A DNA stretch of 64,000 bases, taken from positions 265,608,001 through 265,672,000 of the forward strand of contig OZ024742.1 of NCBI GenBank assembly GCA_964016885.1. Reading direction: 5' to 3'. How positions within the stretch are numbered: the stretch's first letter is position 1; each line of letters starts with the position of its first letter. Under the pieces are notes generated by a model, which worked only from the letters and a program-made list of their open reading frames with translations, ran no database searches and was not told the DNA's origin. This document shows positions 28,731 to 41,600 of this stretch, piece after piece. The DNA is from Eledone cirrhosa (lineage: Eukaryota). The position numbers were made by a program, and so were the translations under genes.

Positions 28731-28773
28731 ACGATGTACTAGTTTCAAGCTTGTTAGCTATCATCAGCACCGT
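28731..28773 (-). ncRNA. Minimal type I hammerhead ribozyme
   Basis: acggtg CTGATGA t agct-aaca-agct t GAAA ctag TA catcgt on minus. Confidence 0.85.
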
Positions 28774-29012
28774 ATACCCATCTGCCAGATAGTTGAACGT
28801 TCGAAAGTATATACATTCCTTATGAAAATTAATGGCTGAGCAGCCTAATTTGCATATCGAGTGAGCTAAGTCGGTCAGGCATACCGAAAATGATAAGTTG
28901 AAATAAAATGAAAACGAAATTTCATTTCTCACTCTTAGTACGGCACTTACTTAAATGTAAGTATGTGTGTATACGTACATATATATATGTATACAGACGT
29001 ACAGTAGCATGC

Positions 29013-29043
<31 letters not shown>

Positions 29044-29362
29044 CATATATATACACATATATACATACCGGTACACATACATATATGCACGTATCAGTTT
29101 AGCGGACGCTTATTATAACGCCGCTTTGTTCGTTTGTAAACAAACTGAACAGCCTGAATTTGTTTGCCGTACGGTGTTAAGGCAACCACGTCACCTTCTT
29201 TTTTTTTTTTTTATTTCATTTTTTTCATTTTATTTCAACTTATCGTTTTCGGTATGCCTGACCGACTTAGCTCACTCGATATGCAAATTAGGCTGCTCAG
29301 CCGTTAATTTTCATAAGGAAAATATATACTTTCGAACGTTCAACTATCTGGCAGATGGGTAT

Positions 29363-29405
29363 ACGGTGCTGATGATAGCTAACAAGCTTGAAACTAGTAC
29401 ATCGT
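29363..29405 (+). ncRNA. Minimal type I hammerhead ribozyme (predicted cleavage after A29399)
   Basis: acggtg CTGATGA t agct-aaca-agct t GAAA ctag TA catcgt. 6-bp stem I with one G-U; palindromic stem III ACTAGT. Confidence 0.85.
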
Positions 29406-29575
29406 TCCTGTGTCAGTGTTGAACAAAAAGGTGACGTGGTTGCCTTAACACCGTACGGCATAAAAATTCAGGCTGTTCAGTTTGTTTACAAACGAACAAA
29501 GCGGCGTTATAATAAGCGTCCGCTAAACTGATACGTGCATATATGTATGTGTACCTGTATGTATATATGTGTATA

Positions 29576-29686
<111 letters not shown>

Positions 29687-29843
29687 ATATATATATGCAT
29701 GCTACTGTACGTCTGTATACATATATGTATGTACGTATACACACATACTTACATATATATATATATATATATATATACTTTAAATTCCTTCCCTAACTTT
29801 CTCACACTACTCCTACGTGTATCTTTCCTCTCCTTATCCGAAC

Positions 29844-29879
29844 TTTCCTGAAGAAAGACTTCTGTCCGAAACGTTGAAA
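29844..29879 (+). ncRNA. Minimal HHR-like motif of another family
   Basis: tttc CTGAAGA aagac-ttct-gtcc GAAA cg TT gaaa. Palindrome AACGTT; base of stem II mismatched. Confidence 0.6.
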
Positions 29880-29957
29880 CCTCCTCCACTTCCACCAAGC
29901 GTGAACCTAATATAACTTTAAAATTTCCTCCAGGATTTTGTTTGTTTCATTTATTAA

Positions 29958-30071
<114 letters not shown>

Positions 30072-31092
30072 CAGTTGATGAAAGTTGATTGATCAAAAGT
30101 CTGCCGACTTTTTTGTAAATAGACGTGAAGCTCTCTACGATTTGTATTCTTTAGGATGTTCTCTGTAAGGTGTCACCCGGAGCTTTAGTATAATAAATAA
30201 GAGAGACGGTTTTATTCGTACATAACCACCTAGTTATTATAAATAAATAAATAAATATATACACAAGTACAATAACAACAAACATATATAAACACACACT
30301 AGTGAAGAAAGATAGAATACAAAAACAAAAACACATACACTCAAACAAGAACACACACACAAAACATGAAACACACGCAAGCGCATGCGCAAACAGAGAC
30401 AATAATAAATAGATAGATAAATAAAATAAAAATGGCGTAGGCATTACAATACAATACAATAGGAGGAAACAATAGTACCACTGATGATGTCACAGATGTG
30501 TGACGAAAGGACTTTGATAGACTATATATATTTATATCTTTATTTTTAACCATTGGTCAATCAATGATAAACATTAATTGCCAGATAAATTAACTATGGA
30601 GATATAAAAGATACAGAAGCGAAAACCAATCCAACCCAAAAAGTGAGTGTGTTCTGGTATTATTTCTGGCAATATTATAACAATATGACCCTCACCAAGT
30701 ATAACAATATATATATCACTGTTTCTCCCTTTCTCACTTCCCCCCGTTCGCGACGAAAACGATTTTCCTTCTTTCTTACATCGGATTCATCTCGAAAGGT
30801 CTATTTCTTACTCGCTCATATATTCACCCAGCTTATACTGATAGAATAACTATGTAGCTTGTGTTTCTTCCTATCTTCGGTTAGCTTTCCCCTGTGTTGT
30901 TTACTTGTCTCACTCGCTTTACGCGTTTTAATTGTCCTAATAACTTATTTTAGTTATTATTGCACCAACGTGAGGTATATGACTTTTAATGCAATGAAAT
31001 ACCAATGACCGTTGGCAAATCACTGATGAGGGACTCATTTTATAACATGTTATCCATGTGCAACCATGCAGTATTCTTCTCCCCATATTTTT

Positions 31093-31162
<70 letters not shown>

Positions 31163-31183
31163 CAATTATAACAGTAGCATATG

Positions 31184-31229
31184 CAGATATTTAAGTTTCG
31201 TAGGGTTGAACGCCAACTCATTCAGTCTG
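31184..31229 (-). ncRNA. Degenerate HHR downstream of a PLE endonuclease fragment
   Basis: caga CTGAATGA gttgg...ccctac GAAA cttaaa TA tctg. Perfect 4-bp stem I; 1-nt core insertion. Confidence 0.55.
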
Positions 31230-31399
31230 AGATTTATGATTACATAGTATAGTTCTAAGGGCGGGGAACTCTAAAAGATTTCAATTAACCAAATAAATAA
31301 ATTGTCGTTGAAATTTATATATCTAAGGTGGATAGTTCTAACAATAAAAGTGGGTAACTTGTGAGCAGAGAGATAGAAATAGTTAAATCAAAAATATTA

Positions 31400-31856
31400 G
31401 TCCGGCGTAGACCATTTTCTCGGAGAAGACGTAGATTCGTAAGACATCGATTGAAAAAATCCAGCCATGTATTTAGCCAGTGTTTTTAGAAAACGGAGTA
31501 TATACCACTTTTCCATGCTGAATAACGCATAAAGAAGACGTTTTCGTGCCATTGATATCGGGTGTGGATTTTTCAGTATTCTTAATTTTATGGAGACATC
31601 TGTGCCAATTTCTTTAAAGATTGCACACATGGTTTGCAAGCCGAGTGGTATGCTTCTAGTCAGGATGCCTGAAGGTAGTTTCGTAATTAAGGAAACGAGT
31701 GTTGAAATGGGTCTTTGACATCTACATAAGTCCAGGCATCTGTTAGGTGGAAGTCACTTTTGCTTCATATATTACCGTTGGAGTGTTGCCCTGTTGGCCG
31801 ACGCCGCATGCCTCTGGCCTTCTGCATGAACACCCCGAAGGTTTAAGGCTCTTGCG
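31400..31856 (-). pseudogene. Penelope-like (Naiad-type) GIY-YIG endonuclease fragment
   Basis: Minus translation GCSCRRPEAC...TVIYEAKVT...FNTRFLNYETTFRHP...TTRLANHVCNL...SIKLRIL...MEKWYIL. Confidence 0.7.
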
Positions 31857-32093
31857 TTTATTATATATATACAGTTTAGGGATTGTAACGAAGTCTCCAG
31901 TATCTACTTTGGGGTTGTACTAAGCAGAGATGTCAACTCTAATATATAATGATTGGGGGACTGCGAGACTGTGTCAGGGATATTCTTTTCTGAACATGTT
32001 ATTAAAATAAGTTGGATTACTTTGAATAAATCATTAATGAATATTATGTAATTTATCTACTAAAGTTCGTAGTTCTTGATTAAATATAGATAT

Positions 32094-32496
32094 TCTTATA
32101 TATAATGATTGCTTATTTTAAGATCCACTTCTTTTCAAATTTTCAAATGTCAACACTTCCGGTTATCATAACTCTTCACCGTACGCTATATCACATCGCT
32201 TATATAAACGTTTATATATTTCCACCGTTATATCATAACGTTTATATTTCCGTCGCTAATTTTCTCCTTTTTCATTTTCATAACATTTCACTGTGATGGA
32301 GTTTATATATAATATCGTCTTTTTTTTAATGTTTCATGGATTACTTTACTGATTACAGAAGAGAGTGTAACACAGTCTCTCTTTAATTTTTGTGCATATT
32401 TCTAAGCATATTGACAATTACGATTATATTTGACGTATCATATCTGCATACACATATATTTGAGTGTAATATCAATATGCACAGTACACATGCTAG
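32094..32496 (+). mobile_element. Diverged relative of the 19.2-19.7 kb Helitron
   Basis: 32296-32496 is a reverse-complement match of ~19231-19418. Shares ATGTCAACACTTCCGGT and ends in CTAG|T. Confidence 0.65.
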
Positions 32497-32629
32497 TTTT
32501 CATAAAGTTTATTCAGGTGTGACGCGCGTTTCCCGATTTATCAGCTGAAGCTTCAATCTTTTTAAAGTGTGAATTCTTGTTAAGAAATAATAATATTCGA
32601 TATTATTATTCGAGGAATATGAGAAAGAG

Positions 32630-32790
32630 TGACCCCAGTACTTTACTGGTACTTTATTTTATCGACCCGAAAAAGATGAAAAGCAAATTTGACTTCGGTG
32701 GGATTTGAACTTAGAACGTAACAAACCGGAACAAATACTTTTAAGCATTTGGCTTACGCTCTAACGACTCTGATAATCCACAGCCCTAAC
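32630..32790 (-). mobile_element. Diverged SINE (same core)
   Basis: TACTGGTACTTTATTTTATCGACCC...GGGATTTGAAC. Confidence 0.8.
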
Positions 32791-34026
32791 AAATATGATA
32801 ATAATGTTACCAGCATCAGCTACAGCGCTCGCATCGTTTGAAGGAAAATATAGCTACAACATGATAGACACTATTTCAGTCAAATGTGGGCAGAACATTT
32901 CAAAACCATTAACAACCAGTGCCACGAACACTATTTCTTCCAATGTGGTCGCCACCTCCGTCATCTATAAAGGGAGCAGCTACACCAATCAAAATAACAT
33001 CAGCTACTGCAATGAGGATCACAGGGAAATAAGAGAGCTATAAGTAATAATAGACAGGAAGAAAGAAAAATCTTTCTGATCACGGCACTGGAGGCCGGGT
33101 AAAAATAAAAAATAAAAAACAAAGAATAAATATATGCATAGTGATCTACAACTTCACTTTTACTATTTAGTCAAGGAAGGACAAAGCGGTGAGCTGGTGG
33201 AAATTTGACGTATAGGATTTTAAAATGCTTTGATATTTGTTCCGGGTCACTGCTCTTTGAGTTTAAATCCCACCGAGATCAATTTGCCTTTATTCCCTTC
33301 GATATCAATAAATAAGGCGCCATTCCATATTGTGGTCGACTTGTTATCGCTCTTTTTCATTCCCAAGAAGAGATCGGTAGTGTTTCGAGATGGAGAAGGT
33401 TGGGTTTCATCAATTTTAAAATGTTCCAGGACGGTGACCTCTACAACTCCGTTAACAGTTAAAGGCTCTTTACTTTTTCCCCCCCAAGGAGAGGCGAGCA
33501 GTGTCCATAACTTTTTTTCAGAACCTTCAAGCTATTGCTTTAGCGGAGTTTTATAAGAGAAAGACAGAAGCTTAGAGCCAAGAACAAATTGTCTGTGTAT
33601 AGTAAAATAAAACACTTGCTGCTTCATGTTTGGAGGGTTTACATTTGCACCAAACTTATTATAATGGTTGCATAGATGAAAGAAGAAAATATGTGCTACA
33701 GTGTAGCCAAAATAATTAAGACATTCCCTGCTAGCATCAAACCTGCTTCACACATCTAAAATCGTTGTGACCTAAGAAATTGTGATTCGCATTCGATAGT
33801 TGGTAAATGGAGTGTTTGCAATGCAAGGTGTGTGTAACATACATACCTACATACATACATACCTACATACATACATATATACACATGCATATATACATAC
33901 ATAACTTCTTACATACACACATACATAAATGCATGTGGGTAGGGTGGGTATCCCTTGGTAGTGTTAATGGTGAGGAGGATGATAATGTTGTTGTTGCTGC
34001 AGCTGGTGGTGACGATATAATATTAT

Positions 34027-34401
34027 TTGGCAGTATCGGTAGAGGGTCGGACACCATGCTTTGACGCTAGAGTTACGGCCCTTGCCATTCTGAGTTCAAA
34101 TCCGACCGAGGTTAACTTTGCCTTTCATCCTTACCGAGTCGATAAAATAAAATACCAGTAATGCACTGAGATAATTCTTGGCTTGTGCCAAAAGTAGAAA
34201 CAATTATTATTCGTCGATTGGCAGTATCGGTAGAGGCTCGGACGCCATGCTTTGCAGCATAGAGTTACGTCCCTTTATGATCTGAGTTCAAATCCTGTCG
34301 AGGTTAACTTTGCCTTTCATCCTTACGGGGTCGATAACATAAAGTACCAGTAATGCACTGGGTATTTGCTGGCCTTGTGCCTAAAGTATAAACAATTATT
34401 A
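34027..34401 (+). mobile_element. Two head-to-tail full-length tRNA-derived SINEs
   Basis: Copies ~34027-34210 and ~34217-34401, each with TGGCAGTATCGG (box A), GAGTTCAAATCC (box B), core and AAACAATTATTA tail. Confidence 0.92.
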
Positions 34402-34459
34402 TCCATAGTATTGATTGTGATTCTGCAGTGAGACGGTGATGGGGATGCAACTATATATA

Positions 34460-34718
34460 CGTTGATGATGATGTTGTTGGTACAGTTGGTGGTGGCGGCG
34501 GTGGCGAGGCTATTTTTGGTTCTTGTTGTTCGTAGTGATGATGGTAATGGTATGTTGTTATTTTGTTATTGTTGTTGTTATTATTTTGTTGTGGTTGCTG
34601 TTATTGTTATTCAGGGTGTTGGTATCATTGTTGTTGCTGTTTTAGTGTGGTGGTGGTAGCGGCGGCGGTGGCAGTGTTACTTGTGGTGGTGGTGGTGGCG
34701 GTGATACTAGTGGCATAG

Positions 34719-34771
<53 letters not shown>

Positions 34772-35525
34772 GGTGGTGGTGGTGGTGGTGGTGGTGGTGT
34801 GGCTAGTGGTGGTGGTGGTGGTGTGTGTGATGGTGGTGGTGTGGTGGTGGTGGTGGTGGTGGTGGTGGTGGTGGTGGTGGTGTGGCTAGTGGTGGTGGTT
34901 GTGGTGTGTGTGATGGTGGTGGTGTGGTGGTGGTGGTGGTGGTGGTTGTGGTGGTGGTGATGGTGTGGTGGTGGTGATGGCGGTGATGTGGTGGTGGTTG
35001 TGGCGGTGTGGTGGTCGGTGGTGGTGATGAGGCGGTTGTGGTGATGGTGGTGTTGTGGTGGTGGTGTTGCGGCGGTGACGTGGTGGTTGTGGTTATGGTG
35101 GTGTTGGTGATGACTGATGATATCTTTGTTATTGTTGTTGTTGGAAGTGGTGGAGGTGAGAGGGTAGTGGCGGTAGTGCGGTGGGGTGGCAACAGTAGTG
35201 TTACTGGTGGTGGTGGTGGTGGTGGTGGTGGGGATGATGATAATAGTGGTATATTTGTTGTTGATGTTGGCGGTTGTGGTAGGTGGCGGTATTTTTATTG
35301 TTGCAGTTGTTGTTTACGGTAGTGGCGGTGGTGGTGGTAGTGGTGGTGCTAATTTTGGTCGTGATGGTGATGGTGATAGTAGTAGTATCTTTGTTTTTGT
35401 TGTTGTCACTGTGGTTGTTAGTGTTGGTAGTGGTGACGGCAGCGCTGGCGATGTTGATGGTAGTGGTGACTTTGTTCTTGTTGTTATTGTTGTTGATGTT
35501 GTTGTCATTGTTGCTTCTTGTTCTT
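34460..35525. repeat. (GGT)n/(GTT)n low-complexity tract
   Basis: Direct reading. Confidence 0.95.
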
Positions 35526-35954
35526 AATATTTGTTTCTCTTTATGAAAGTGTCAAACAGAGAGAAATTGTGAGTACGTGTCAAATGTCGACATTTCTTTT
35601 TTTTTTTTTTGTATTTCCACCTCCACCTCCAACCCACGCATTAGTCACCATCCCACCCCTAGCTTTACCTCCACTCCAATGTCTATTCTCCCCATTCCCC
35701 ACCAGCATTACCTCCTCCCTATTTTGTTCACCCTTTCTGCTGCCATTTCTTCATTGGTTCCGCCTCTTTACCTTCCACCTTCGTTCTCCTATTTACGGCA
35801 AACATCTACTTTTCTTTGACGTGACAGTGGGGGTTTAGTGGAGAGCTTGTAGTAAATGTCATGTAGATCTTTCCTTATCTATCTTTTCATTGTGGGTTCA
35901 AATCTCTGCTGTCAACATTAAACACAGTGCTACCAACACTAACAATAGGGAACT

Positions 35955-36200
35955 AGTGGTTACGATCATAATGCCGTGGGTAGGATTCCTGGACCTGGTT
36001 GTGCACTTTGTCCTTGAGCAAAATACTTTATTTCACGTTGCTCCAGTATACCCAGAGGAAAATGAGTACTAGCAACAGCTGAGGGTTTAATCCTGTATTG
36101 GACTGACGTTCTATCGAAAAGGAAGTATGATGCTCTCAGTTAATTAACGCGAAGAAAGCTGTGATAAGTACCGATCTAATGAACCACGGGCCTTGAGACA
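35955..36200 (+). mobile_element. Old SINE of a different family (V-SINE-like body)
   Basis: GTCCTTGAGCAAAATACTTTATTTCACGTTGCTCCAG...AATCCTGTATTGGACTGACG resembles the CORE/V-type SINE body. Confidence 0.5.
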
Positions 36201-36499
36201 GTCTTTTGAATTTCATATCTTTTCTCTCAATATTCCCACCACTCACCCTCCTCTCTTTTTTTTTTCTCTATCTATCTCTCTTCACCTCTGTATTTCTCTC
36301 TCTTTTGATTTCATTCTTTATCTTTCTCCCTCTGTCTCCCACTCTATCCCTTTCTATCTCTCTCTCAGCAACACTCATTCCCAGTTTCTCAATCACCATA
36401 ATTTATTTGCTTCAGACACATCCGTTCTGTACAGAAAACCTCATCCCACTCACACATCAGACCACAAAATATATGCGTTCAAAATCGTGTAAACACCAA

Positions 36500-36880
36500 T
36501 TCTTATCCAATTCTACGCTTGTGTTTACTGTAATGTCCAATTACCTTTCTGATCCCCTTTTTAACAATCCAATTGCACTGAATATCATTAGTATTGTACA
36601 GGCCTTAAGATGTCACATTTTCTCAATTTCAATTATCAGATATTTATATTTATTGAGCTTTCGTAATACTTACCTGGAGATCTATGCTCTTGTAAATTCA
36701 GAGGCATGTTATATATTTTACGGCTCTTCAAAATTATATCGGGTGTATTGGCGTTATCGTTCTGTCGATGCTCACAGGAAACATCCATAGGATTGTCGCA
36801 TTCTTGCCTCTTGTTACTGCATCTGGGTGATTCTTGTACCATTTTTCCTTCGTCAATATGCCGTAAAACCTGCTTATTGC
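36500..36880 (-). pseudogene. R4/Dong-type restriction-like endonuclease C-terminal fragment
   Basis: KWYKNHPDAV...TILWMFPVSIDRTI...PDII...KLNKYKYL.IEIEKM. Confidence 0.72.
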
Positions 36881-36959
36881 TCGGGGGGGGGGGGGTCTCC
36901 CAACTAATATCTCCTTCTTTCGTTCCGCCTCCTCTAAACGCACACACACATAGACACAC

Positions 36960-38345
36960 TCAAACAAATACACTTCTTCCCCCATTCAAATCATATTTGT
37001 CAGTCACAGGTACCCTCGCATCTTCCAGTGAAGAAGAAAAAAGACCCCAAACCCAAAGAAAGAAAAGACATACAAAATAAGTAAAACAAAAAAGACATCC
37101 TGTAATACGCCAACACCCACTCCTGAAAACACGACACAAACAGCCAGACCAAACACAGACACATCTGCAACAACATCAACACGACCGTCAATACAACCAG
37201 CACCAGGACCAAGAACAACACCACCACAGCTAACCACAAAAAAAAAAACAACATACACAAGAACACTACAAGAGCACAGACACACAGAAATGGAACCAAA
37301 CAATCACATACATAGACTAAACTTTGAGCTAGTGAGGCATTCCTTTGCTGCCAACACCCTTTGCGAGGCGCGGGGGGGGGCATTTATCGGTTGATAATGC
37401 GCAAAAATTCTCCAAGGCCGCGGCTTTTGCAGATATTACTAAACCCTGAACAGATGTTCTCATCGTTTGTAAAACACGTCTTTCCGTAGCTCATCTCTTT
37501 GACTGAGTTGCAGTTGTGGGCCAAGCAAAGACCAAGACCGGGCACCTCGCATCTGGAATGTTGTCGGGCCATCACAGCTCTCTACCAATCAGGCAATACG
37601 GTCACTATAAATTCTACATTAGCGTTCTATAGTGAGACAGCTTAGTGTGACAACGTTCTCCGGGAGACTCCTGGCGTTGACGAGGAATGAATAGTTCGTC
37701 TGTTCCGAAGGATATTTGGTCTGATCTATGGATAATTTCCAGAAATCACTGACTTAGCAGCACTACCAGAGAGGTGGGGAGCACAACCAGTTCGCGTCAA
37801 ACTCTATAGTTATAAAAGTGCTGTCAGACGAACCGGTTCGGGATACGTGCAGAACGACGAAACCGTCGTGTCCGGATATTGCCGGCTTGTGGAGTTGTGT
37901 CCATCGCGAAGATCACCTGCCATCTTCTTTTGGTCAGGAGGGGGAGGCTGTTTTCTTCTGACTGGTGGCTGCAGCGAAAGAGGCTGTGTGGTCGACTCAA
38001 CTGAAAGGGCTAAAGACAAACACTTCATCCAAGCCCTCGTAAACTTTTTCAAGTTCCACTTGGAAAGGAAAGTGAGAGTGGAGAGAAAAGTGCTGCCTCA
38101 CCCCAATACGTTTGTAAAAGAATGGGAGTACGAAGCGAGGATTGCCCCAGTCGATGGAGCTACTCTGAGAATGCACACGTAGGCAGGAAAGTTCAGAGAG
38201 TAAGTGATACATTCTTAGTGTGCTCGTGGCGAACCTGATGGTTTTAGATCTGTGGGGTTCCTAAACTACCCCTGGGTGATGCTCCACCTTACTGGAGAAT
38301 TCTGTTGTTTTGATTTATTGTTATTTTGTTTCCTGTTTCCTTTCT
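36960..38345 (+). mobile_element. Tx1/L1-clade element with large internal deletion (ORF1 low-complexity tail joined to ORF2 C-terminus and 3' UTR)
   Basis: CCQHPLRG, MDNFQKSL, VNFFKFHLERKVRVERKVL, ATLRMHT* match the other Tx1 copies. Confidence 0.82.
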
Positions 38346-38629
38346 TGACACGACTCCACCCCACCCACCCCAAATTACTGGCCTTGTGCCTATACTAGAA
38401 ATCATTATTATTATTATCATTGGCTGTCAGACAGTGTAGACATCTTTGTTTGAGCTCCGCAAAGTGGTAAATTTTCCGTTTTATTTTCATTTGTATTGAT
38501 TGTTATATTGTATTAAAAGGTCGTAAGACATCTATCTTTACTCCGAGAAGGGGAGATGTTATAATATTTGGGTATTTTGGCCCAAATATTTGAACTATGT
38601 TAAAAACAATTTCTCTCAAAAGAAATGGC

Positions 38630-41600
38630 TGACCCCCGCCCTCAACTTTAAGTTTGATATCGTGTGACACCGGCTTAAACGTTGAGAGGAGGGATACGGC
38701 AAACACAACGAACAACCATTGCTAACACAAGTAAAAAAATATTTATTACAAACACAACGTGCAACAACAAATTTAACAACGCCACCACAAACAACATGAA
38801 GAACGAGAACAACAAAAGTAACAATAACTTTAAAAGTAATAAAAGTAACTTTAAAAAACAAACGACAACAGCTGTAACAGCGACAAACAAAACACAGACA
38901 ACAGAAACAATGACAACAAAAACAGCAACGAAATTAACAGCACCACCAACAAGAACATGAATAGCGGCAGCAACAAGAGTAACAAAGAAACAAGGCAAGA
39001 AAGCAACAACACAAACTGCATTGAGAACAAAAATAACACCAATAATAACAACAACTGCAACAGTGATAACAAGAATAACGACAACAACACCAACAACAAC
39101 ATGATTACCAACAACAAGAACATTTTCGCTGCGGTAGCAGCCAAAAAGAGACCATGCTTCAGCATGGACCTCACCGATAAAGATAAAAGCCTGGAAGCTC
39201 ACCAAACAAGAGCAAACCTGGGCCAAATTAACTGTCCCGGCGGAAGCCATAGAAACGCTGGAGAAAAGAACGGTGCATTTCAGATGCATTTCATCGGGGA
39301 CAAAAAAGCGGCTATTATTGCCCAAACAGACATTGAAGCTGCGTTGAAGTGCATCAGGGATGACACCGAGTACATGGCGAGGTGCAGACAATACGGCACC
39401 ATTTTGGTGCTGTTTAAGTCAGAAGGCCTCGCTATGAAACACGCAATGACCCCTGGCAAAACCAGCAAGGTCATTATGTACCTCTCTTTCATGGGAAAAA
39501 GAACTGCTCGTGTCCGTATTCCCGGGAATCCCACGGGACTTGATATGTGGTGGCTTCTAGGATTCGTGATCATGGAGCAGACGAATACCGTCCCGATAGA
39601 GGTTACAAGGACTGCCAGGGAGGACTGGTCCGGGATTGACCTGGAGATACCTCTCCAGATCAGGCCCGAAGAAGTAGAAACAAATCCCAGACCACATCCG
39701 TCTCCAAAACGGTACGGTATTACATATAATGACCGAGATCAAAAGGCCGCATTGTTTCATCTGAGGCGAATCAGGGTATTTGCGAGCCTTCTGTCTTCAA
39801 CTGCTGAAAAGTGCAGGGGGGGGGGCGAATGTCTCCACTTCTGCCGACGACGGGGGGGGGGGGGGGGCACCCCAACACCACCACCTGCAACACCAATATA
39901 GGCCACCCAGGAGGGAGGGAAAGCTTTCTGAGTACCCCTCGCCTTCCACAAACAAACACTCACAAACATCTACGCAAACACCAACACAAAATTACTCTAG
40001 ATATACAAGAGCACCCGAAACGTAAGTAAATCTTAAGTTTTCTCTTAATCAGACGACAAACATGGCTATCTTCAGAGTAGGTTGCATAAATGTTCGTGGT
40101 ATGGGATCAGCCAGGAAGCAAGGTCACTTGCTGAACGACTTCAGGGCACTAGATATGGATGTGACTGCCATCAGCGGGACCAGAATTTCCGAAACGCGCG
40201 CACTAGCCTTCATTTTCGACGAATATCAGATGTTCACATCCGTTAGTCGATCGAGAGTGGTAGGTGGAGTTGCAGTGTTGTTTTAGAAAGGTCTGGATCT
40301 CGAGGTAAGATAGATCTTCTGGGACCCGGGCGGTAAGTTGGTGGTCCTGGACGTGAACAGTAGCGAAGGTGGTGCCTTTAGACTAGTGGCCGTCTACGCC
40401 CCTACCGGGGCCGGACGACCGGACTTTAGACGCCTGGAAGCTTTTCTGGGAACGTCTCTCCCTTTACTGTTAGCGGGGGACTGGAACGGCATCTTAGACG
40501 CACGCTGAGATTTGTGGGAGTAGCTGATAGGAGCAGGGTGTAAAAGACTCAAGTACCTGATCAGACAGTTCCAACTGTCTGATTGGTATCGACTAGATTT
40601 CCCGAATTCACAAGTGTGGAGGCGTCGTCAACAACAGGTGGTGGTGGTGTGGCTCTCAAAAGAGAGATTAGAGTAATTTCGATTGGGTTCAGCAAAGGAG
40701 TAGCGTTAGAGAAAAATAGAAAGGAGGGGGAGTTGGTAGCTAAATTAAATGAGGCTATTAATAATTGTTTCTACTTTAGGCAAAAGGCCAGCAATTAACC
40801 AGTGTATTACTGGTACTTTATTTTATCGACCCCATAAGGATGAAAGGCACAGTAAACCTCGGCTGGATTTGAACTCAGACCGTAAAGGGACGTAACTATG
40901 CTGGAAAGCATGGCGTCCGACCCTCTACCGATACTGCCAATCCACCGCCCATTATTAATGAGGCTATTAATAATTGTTTCTACTTTTGGCACAAGGCCAG
41001 CCATTACCCAGTACATTACTGGTACTTCATTTTATCGACCCCGTAAGGATGAAAAGCAAAGTTAACCTCGGCGGGATCTGAACTCAGATCATAAAGGGCC
41101 GTAACTCTATACTGCAAAGCATAGTGTCCGACCCTCTACCGATACTGCCAATCCACCACCAATGAGGCTATTAATAATGGCATTGCAACTGACGTGCTAG
41201 TGGCGAGAATAACATTAGACCATTTCTTCAATGCGAAACATGAAGATTGCATTGTGAGAGCCAAGGCACATGTTCTCAGGAACGAGCCGTTGATGGACCT
41301 GAGTGGCGGAGACACAACGTGGTAATAAAACCACAATTCGGTCTTTGACGAACCAAGACGGACGCGAGCTTATCGATTCCAGGAAAATGTGTGAGGCCTT
41401 TCACTAGCACTTTGCTCGGTGGTGGGTCGGAGACGATGGTGGATTTCAGTACCTACATCGATGATCTGCCGCGTCTCTCGATGGCCGTTGCTGAGCGCTG
41501 AGAAAGGCCGATAACTTCAGCCGAAATTCAGAATGCCCTAGTCGGCTGCACGAGGCGCAAGTCACCCTGTTTGGATGGTCTGCCCTACGATCTTTACGTA

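Noticed and set aside
32515-32560. HHR-like GAAACGCGCGTC on minus
   Set aside because: The 5' core and stem I are not recoverable; at best a remnant.
34460-35525. Pro/Thr/His- or Val/Gly-rich ORFs
   Set aside because: They come from trinucleotide low-complexity sequence.
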